From contig NC_068984.1 of assembly GCF_001194135.2 (NCBI RefSeq), positions 87,397,656 to 87,461,655 of the forward strand: a DNA stretch of 64,000 nucleotides, written 5' to 3'. Source of the DNA: Octopus bimaculoides. Its lineage: Eukaryota. A program made the position numbers and the translations under genes. This document shows, piece by piece, positions 62,301-64,000 of the stretch (position 1 is its first letter; every line of letters starts with the position of its first letter). The notes below the pieces were generated by a model that saw only the letters and a program-made list of their open reading frames with translations, made no database searches and had not been told where the DNA came from.

Positions 62301-63341
62301 ATTTAAGATTTCTGTTATTCTATAAAAAACCAACAGTAACAACTACAGCCACAAACCAGATCAGAGACAGCTGATACCAGTCTTGTTAGTCCCAACACAA
62401 CAGTTGCAAAATCAAATTATGCTAGATATTGCACAAATATGGCATTGCTTAAATTATACACCAATTGAGAAACAAATATTTATAGAAGGTAACCCATATG
62501 CAGCTTCTAAGTTTTCTTTTACAATAGGTGTGTGGTAAGAAGCTTGCGTTCCAACCACATGGCTCTGGGTTCAGTCCCACTGTGTGATACCTTGGGCAAG
62601 TGTCTTCTGCTATAGCCCTGGGCCAACTAAAGCCTTGTGAGTGGATTTAGTAGACAGAAACTGAAAGAAGCCCATCGTGTATATGTATATGTTTGTCTCT
62701 CCACCTTCACTTGACAACTGATGTTGGTATGTTGGTTTGGCAAAAAGAGGTCAATAGAATAAGTACTAGGCTTACAAAAAATACGTCCTGGGGTCGATTT
62801 GTTCGACTAAAGGTGGTGCTCCAGCATGGCTGCAGTTAAATGACTGAAACAAGTAAAAGAATAATAGTTCGTTAGCATTGAAATCAACCTACATTCACTG
62901 TATATACTCAAATGAACTGTGCACAAAACATTGATGAATGTCTTATTTAATCCCTGCTTCTTGCAGAACAAATAGTTATGAAAGAGATGGTTCATATACT
63001 GCAGGTGCACAAGGCATCTTAAACCTGTGTTACAAAAGCGATTTTATTATTTCTTTAGCACATAAGAGGATGAGCTCAACAATGGTTTAATGTTGCAAAA
63101 CTTACACTAAAGGGCAGTAACTATCAACAACATTAATATAGATGAAGGAGGTACTTCACATCTCAACATGCCATGAGAGTGAGGTTATGTGCTCATTTAA
63201 CTTGCAAGAAACAACAACTAAATCTTACTCAAATGATACAGTATAATCTTGAAATTTCTCTTTTAGGGTTCATCTGATGTATACAGACCCCAATGTTTGC
63301 AACGGTTAGCTAGATTTGTTCTTGAAGCTTATGAAGCTGGT
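1376..63341 (+). CDS. CDC45: CDC45 (CMG helicase subunit, RecJ/DHH-like), multi-exon, 3' end beyond window
   Basis: 15 exons with matching splice phases translate to 475 aa without stops. Hallmark CDC45 motifs: VDALCACKILQ, INCGA, DSHRP, acidic loop, AWTMSKD, VGVTDQ, RHWTLFES, KLQEFLADMGLPL, GPFLY. Confidence 0.97.
2903..5815 (-). mobile_element. Decayed RTE-clade LINE (family A), near full length
   Basis: (CAT)n tail at 2903; RT motifs VHQGSVLSPLLF and LLYADD; endonuclease motifs ISAYTP and VAGDINGHV; many stops; 27 bp tandem triplication at 5012..5084. Confidence 0.93.
6325..6800 (+). mobile_element. tRNA-headed SINE, old
   Basis: A box TGGCTCAGTGG at 6330, degenerate B box at about 6373, CORE-like ttcttgagcaagacact. 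Confidence 0.7.
6830..7045 (+). mobile_element. RTE 3' UTR fragment
   Basis: ggcattaggaagggcatccagc motif and degenerate GAT tail. Confidence 0.8.
9530..9718 (-). mobile_element. tRNA-headed SINE with TCATCCTTTCGGGGTCGATAAAATAAGTACCAG-type core
   Basis: Reverse complement matches the copies at 20988 and 32058. Confidence 0.8.
10385..10589. mobile_element. TTAA/CCCTTT-terminated MITE (piggyBac-type)
   Basis: TIR ACCCTTTAGCATT...AATGCTAAATGGTTAA; same family as 54466..54690. Confidence 0.8.
10640..11105 (+). mobile_element. RTE LINE 3' fragment
   Basis: ORF2 end (GRGRPRKSWDEVV) plus 3' UTR and GAT tail. Confidence 0.88.
12015..12715 (-). mobile_element. CR1/L2-type LINE 3' fragment
   Basis: Minus-strand peptides LYLYKSTNHPCMEHC, LSHQRDI and SFFPQTARHWNSL are typical of the CR1-group ORF2 C-terminus. 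Confidence 0.8.
12904..13101. mobile_element. piggyBac-type MITE
   Basis: TTAA at both ends; body shared with 54466..54690. Confidence 0.82.
13315..14411 (-). mobile_element. Young 5'-truncated RTE LINE spanning an assembly gap
   Basis: Pure (CAT)8 tail, CpG-intact 3' UTR, near identical to 35942..37115. Confidence 0.93.
13557..14053. other. Assembly gap (others at 16798..17125, 36131..36759, 46215..46649, 49035..49352)
   Basis: Runs of N, each within or next to a repeat. Confidence 0.99.
15166..15225 (+). CDS. CDC45: CDC45 exon 2 (HVLVLVSFNVDALCACKILQ)
   Basis: tttag acceptor, gttagt donor, 60 nt, VDALCACKILQ motif. Confidence 0.96.
16491..16659 (+). mobile_element. Young, very short RTE 3' end insertion
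   Basis: Near-exact reverse complement of 13315..13480 with (GAT)n tail. Confidence 0.93.
16729..16797 (+). repeat. Degenerate interstitial telomere-like (TTAGGG)n
   Basis: ggttagggttaggattttaggattagggtt...tagggttagggtt running into an N gap. Confidence 0.8.
17806..17951 (-). mobile_element. Mini-element next to (TA)n carrying a hammerhead-like fold
   Basis: Minus strand CTA-TTGAAAA-G-GTTGC(aagat)GCAAT-GAAA-ATTT-TAG at 17939..17903. Confidence 0.5.
18410..18750 (-). mobile_element. Penelope-like element GIY-YIG endonuclease fragment
   Basis: C-x4-C-x2-C cluster, then NVVYSIRC...C...YIGETSRSITERLNEH; frameshift in an A7 run. Confidence 0.85.
19193..19285 (+). CDS. CDC45: CDC45 exon 3 (YLFQCDQVLYSIIPITGKESLETSFMDNCEG)
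   Basis: Poly-T plus gcag acceptor, gtatgt donor, 93 nt. Confidence 0.95.
19490..19790 (-). mobile_element. tRNA-headed SINE (third family), CpG-rich
   Basis: A box TGGCCCAGTGG and B box GGTTTCGATTCC on the minus strand. Confidence 0.82.
19850..20065 (+). mobile_element. RTE 3' UTR fragment
   Basis: Conserved 3' motif and GAT tail. Confidence 0.85.
20745..20858 (-). mobile_element. Partial SINE (same family as 20988..21206)
   Basis: Complement of the ttctgagttcaaattc...gataaataagta core. Confidence 0.78.
20988..21206 (+). mobile_element. tRNA-headed SINE inserted in (ATT)n, 23 bp before exon 4
   Basis: gagctggcagaatcgttagc head, B box ttctgagttcaagttcc, ATT tail. Confidence 0.88.
21230..21324 (+). 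CDS. CDC45: CDC45 exon 4 (VKHIVMINCGASFDVVELLQPEKDVCFYIFD)
   Basis: tttag acceptor, gtaaaa donor, INCGA motif, ends phase 2. Confidence 0.96.
21390..21775 (-). mobile_element. Full-length young CORE-like tRNA SINE
   Basis: Head ggcgcaggagtggctgtgtggtaag, B box gttccgggtttagtccc, ccttgtgcaagtgtcttctactatag core, CpGs intact. Confidence 0.92.
22214..22475 (+). mobile_element. CORE-like SINE, internally deleted
   Basis: Same family as 21390..21775, opposite orientation. Confidence 0.85.
22931..23255 (-). mobile_element. CORE-like SINE
   Basis: Same family as 21390..21775. Confidence 0.85.
23490..24250 (+). mobile_element. RTE LINE 3' fragment
   Basis: RERQLHWYGHV...GRGRPGRHG-type ORF2 end, 3' UTR, tail. 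Confidence 0.88.
24968..27660 (-). mobile_element. RTE LINE family A with internal deletions
   Basis: Endonuclease (27372..26851), RT (AFVDLEKAFDRVP, GVHQGSVLSPLLF, LLYADD), PHD-like Cys cluster, (CAT)n tail. Confidence 0.95.
28707..28821 (+). CDS. CDC45: CDC45 exon 5 (S-HRPIDVHNVYNSLQVKVLVRENEITDIPDYDSIFRDDE)
   Basis: tttcag acceptor, gtaagt donor; completes DSHRP. Confidence 0.96.
29230..29610 (-). mobile_element. RTE 3' fragment
   Basis: 3' UTR motif and ORF2 end. Confidence 0.83.
29700..30545 (+). mobile_element. RTE 3' fragment with tandemly expanded 3' UTR
   Basis: ORF2 end, then about three repeated units and GAT tail. Confidence 0.85.
30775..30950 (-). mobile_element. CORE-like SINE 5' half
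   Basis: Family match to 21390..21775. Confidence 0.8.
31327..31554. mobile_element. piggyBac-type MITE
   Basis: Body and TIRs match 54466..54690. Confidence 0.85.
31659..31774 (+). CDS. CDC45: CDC45 exon 6 (acidic loop DDMDSEDEDD...KKRERRLWEEN)
   Basis: tatag acceptor, gtacag donor, phase compatible on both sides. Confidence 0.94.
32058..32273 (+). mobile_element. tRNA-headed SINE (family of 20988)
   Basis: cctttcgttctttcagggtcaataaaataagtaccag core. Confidence 0.85.
32385..32433 (+). CDS. CDC45: CDC45 exon 7 (R-NKTLFTYTQFSSFGTS)
   Basis: ttcag acceptor, gtaagt donor, 49 nt. Confidence 0.93.
33066..34755 (+). mobile_element. RTE LINE family A internal fragment (EN to RT)
   Basis: VAGDFNGHV, SQLDYIL, QFGFMPGRST, AFVDLEKAFDRV; closely matches 24968..27660 in inverted orientation. 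Confidence 0.94.
35942..37115 (-). mobile_element. Young 5'-truncated RTE LINE inserted into a SINE, spanning a gap
   Basis: (CAT)n tail; LHGSETWAVTAEDIRKLARNEASMLRWMC; near identical to the 13315 copy. Confidence 0.94.
37900..38165 (+). mobile_element. RTE 3' UTR fragment
   Basis: Conserved 3' motif. Confidence 0.8.
38376..38437 (+). CDS. CDC45: CDC45 exon 8 (AALLMLEMAWTMSKDTNDLI-W), GC donor
   Basis: taaag acceptor; ends TG|gcaagt; TG plus the G of exon 9 gives the conserved Trp. Confidence 0.92.
38540..41715 (+). mobile_element. Full-length decayed RTE LINE, second purine-rich family
   Basis: GSWNVGSL start, GDFNGH, QIDFML, CFIDLEKAFDRVP, GVHQGSVL, LFADDLVL, PHD-like cluster; many stops and frameshifts. 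Confidence 0.93.
41957..42058 (+). ncRNA. Mini-element in (TA)n containing a type I hammerhead ribozyme fold
   Basis: ACTGT-CCGATGA-AC(aggaac)GT-GAAA-CTC(a)GAG-TA/ACAGT; extended helix I; AATAAA at 42051. Confidence 0.65.
42080..42475 (+). mobile_element. Mariner 5' fragment (TIR plus HTH region)
   Basis: TA-TGAGGTGGTATCAAAAAGTTCC TIR; AYGDEAMGHIQCFEWHRHFKSGRTFLEDDEQSGRP. Confidence 0.9.
43435..43675 (-). mobile_element. RTE ORF2 3' fragment
   Basis: ALVWTC / EEVGRSRKIWGKVV-like peptides. Confidence 0.72.
44396..44506 (+). CDS. CDC45: CDC45 exon 9 (LAVVGVTDQLLHYQISREKYIEDVMLLQSHLSRHNR)
   Basis: tttag acceptor, gtaaac donor. Confidence 0.96.
45400..45965 (+). mobile_element. RTE 3' fragment with short tandem units
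   Basis: ORF2 end, repeated gacatgtaaaagacacc units, tail. Confidence 0.82.
48075..48535 (+). mobile_element. RTE fragment with deleted body and repeated 3' UTR units
   Basis: LAKTKVLVS motif joined to the 3' UTR and tail. Confidence 0.78.
48723..50384 (+). mobile_element. Non-autonomous Helitron/HINE (DINE-1/Lep1-like) element
   Basis: 5' TACTAG...GCCCGGCTTTGCCCGG within a TA run; internal (TCTA)n and (CA)n; 3' (CA)n then CTTTTATAGATATGAT. Confidence 0.65.
50391..50454 (-). mobile_element. Extremely truncated young RTE 3' end
   Basis: (CAT)n plus gtttaacgtccggtttccatgctagcatgggttggac. Confidence 0.85.
50558..50749 (+). CDS. CDC45: CDC45 exon 10 (GESIEDSLPVNSLKIFFEEELQLIFYRHW...KLQEFLADM-G)
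   Basis: ttcag acceptor, gtaagt donor, strongly conserved motif. Confidence 0.97.
50870..51150 (+). mobile_element. RTE 3' UTR fragment
   Basis: Conserved 3' motif and GAT tail. Confidence 0.82.
51586..51975 (-). mobile_element. CORE-like SINE, full length
   Basis: Family match to 21390..21775. Confidence 0.88.
52204..52624 (-). mobile_element. GC-rich unclassified insertion with LTR/pLTR-like promoter architecture
   Basis: Two 60 bp tandem units, 18 bp perfect palindrome, TATAAAA and TCAGTC spaced about 30 nt, CTGANGA and CGAAAC motifs. Confidence 0.55.
52723..52821 (+). CDS. CDC45: CDC45 exon 11 (LPLTQCQQKYNAMDPSVRNNVKELILKYVEKY-G)
   Basis: Poly-T plus atag acceptor, gtaggt donor, 99 nt. 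Confidence 0.96.
53005..53407 (-). mobile_element. CORE-like SINE, full length
   Basis: Family match to 21390..21775. Confidence 0.88.
53712..53823 (+). CDS. CDC45: CDC45 exon 12 (LAPEDIIIPSFNSHYGYHKKINAADVVFACSTVLENT)
   Basis: attag acceptor, gtaagt donor. Confidence 0.95.
54466..54690. mobile_element. piggyBac-type MITE, best preserved copy
   Basis: TTAA-CCCTTTAGCAT ... ATGCTAAAGAG-TTAA, 225 bp. Confidence 0.9.
55002..55057 (+). CDS. CDC45: CDC45 exon 13 (VENNDTADSFFYAMDILQ-R)
   Basis: ttgtag acceptor, gtaagt donor, matches the F..ALD.L.R motif. Confidence 0.93.
56214..56438. mobile_element. piggyBac-type MITE, reverse orientation
   Basis: TTAACCCTTTAGCATT ... AATGCTGAAGGGTTAG. Confidence 0.88.
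57227..57443. mobile_element. Mariner-derived MITE
   Basis: TIRs tgacggagtgctgaaaagtttctggc / gccagaaacttttcagcaccccctcg; TA on the left. Confidence 0.88.
58578..59094. repeat. Foldback of 517 bp with about 94 bp inverted arms
   Basis: 58578..58671 is the reverse complement of 59001..59094 with few mismatches; internal 13 bp perfect IR at about 58947..58984. Confidence 0.88.
59826..60020. mobile_element. Same mariner MITE, opposite orientation, one TIR lost
   Basis: TA-TGAGGGTGTGCTGAAAAGTTTCT; body complementary to 57227..57443. Confidence 0.85.
60642..60780 (+). CDS. CDC45: CDC45 exon 14 (DCLSSLEKGIELSKKQ...CAGPFLYAFIRE)
   Basis: Poly-T plus tcag acceptor, gtaagt donor, 139 nt. Confidence 0.96.
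60959..62258 (-). mobile_element. Full-length 1.3 kb mariner transposon, inactivated transposase (irritans-like)
   Basis: TA on both sides, about 38 bp TIRs; motifs EVYGDDAPSY, ITQDKTWIHHYDPETK, PYSPNLAPSDFHLF; stop codon and frameshifts. Confidence 0.93.
62525..62860 (+). mobile_element. CORE-like SINE
   Basis: Family match to 21390..21775. Confidence 0.88.
63267..63341 (+). CDS. CDC45: CDC45 exon 15 (GSSDVYRPQCLQRLARFVLEAYEAG)
   Basis: tttag acceptor, gtaagt donor, phase 0 on both sides. Confidence 0.9.
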
Positions 63342-64000
63342 GTAAGTAGTTGGAAATTATTTCCTTTTCAAATAAAAGATAAAAACTTTTTCCTTTTTAT
63401 ATATATATTTGGTAAAAAATGTTTGTCTCTGTTGAAACAAACTTGAATCATATTATGTATTAAATGTACAAATTATTCATTTCTTTATATATTTGTGTTA
63501 GCATTCATGTTTTTCTGTTTCCCACATTTTACCTAGTCAAGGGACTACCTATAGAAAAGACATCTGAGTATAAAAAAATTTATTTTTATAATAGGCATAT
63601 ATCCACATTCAGTAAGCCTCCTTTAAGTGTATTAACACAGAAAATAGATCTGTATTTTCTGAGACATTTCAAAATATTATAGACAGGAAAAGATGGATAG
63701 AAATTATGGATATATGGGTAAGAAGCTTCTTTTTCATGTTTGTTTTATCATACATTAAAAAAGAAAGGAGGGATTTTGAAAACCTGGAAGAAAGCAATAA
63801 AATGCCATAAGAAAGAGAAATATCAAAAGGAATGTAATCCTATAAAATAGTAAAAAGGAAGTTGAACTTTCTATTCTTGTACAATGTGATTATCATCTTA
63901 AGTTTTGTTTATTATTTTATCATAAAAAGAGAAAGCTACTTGTTTACAAGCTGAGAATATTTCTCAGCAGTTAATTGGAATATCAAATTTAGGGCATGAC

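Noticed and set aside
1-64000. CRISPR array, rRNA or prokaryotic operon
   Set aside because: Eukaryotic intron-rich locus; no regularly spaced repeat-spacer array or rRNA-like sequence seen.

Overview
AT-rich animal genomic DNA from a gapped assembly (five N runs). The repeat content (tRNA-headed SINEs, RTE LINEs with (GAT)n tails) points to a coleoid cephalopod, probably Octopus; this is inference. One host gene spans almost the whole window on the + strand: CDC45. I traced 15 coding exons (1376..63341, 1425 nt, 475 codons) that join in one uninterrupted frame; the gene continues past the right edge. Intron 8 has a GC-AG donor. The conserved DxD motif reads NVD in the genome (AAT codon), which one A-to-I edit would convert to Asp. 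The introns are dense with TEs: two RTE LINE families (ORF2 with a PHD finger; some copies very young), at least three SINE families, mariner remnants and MITEs, a TTAA piggyBac-type MITE, a Helitron/HINE-like element, a CR1 3' fragment and a Penelope GIY-YIG fragment. Best unexplained signals: small (TA)n-embedded elements with type I hammerhead ribozyme folds (41978..42033 sense; 17903..17939 antisense with a U3-A8 core), a 1.9 kb foldback centred on TTAGGG-like repeats, a GC-rich antisense TATA/Inr cassette before exon 11, and inverted LINE copies bracketing exons 5-7. All analysis was by eye; repeat boundaries are approximate.
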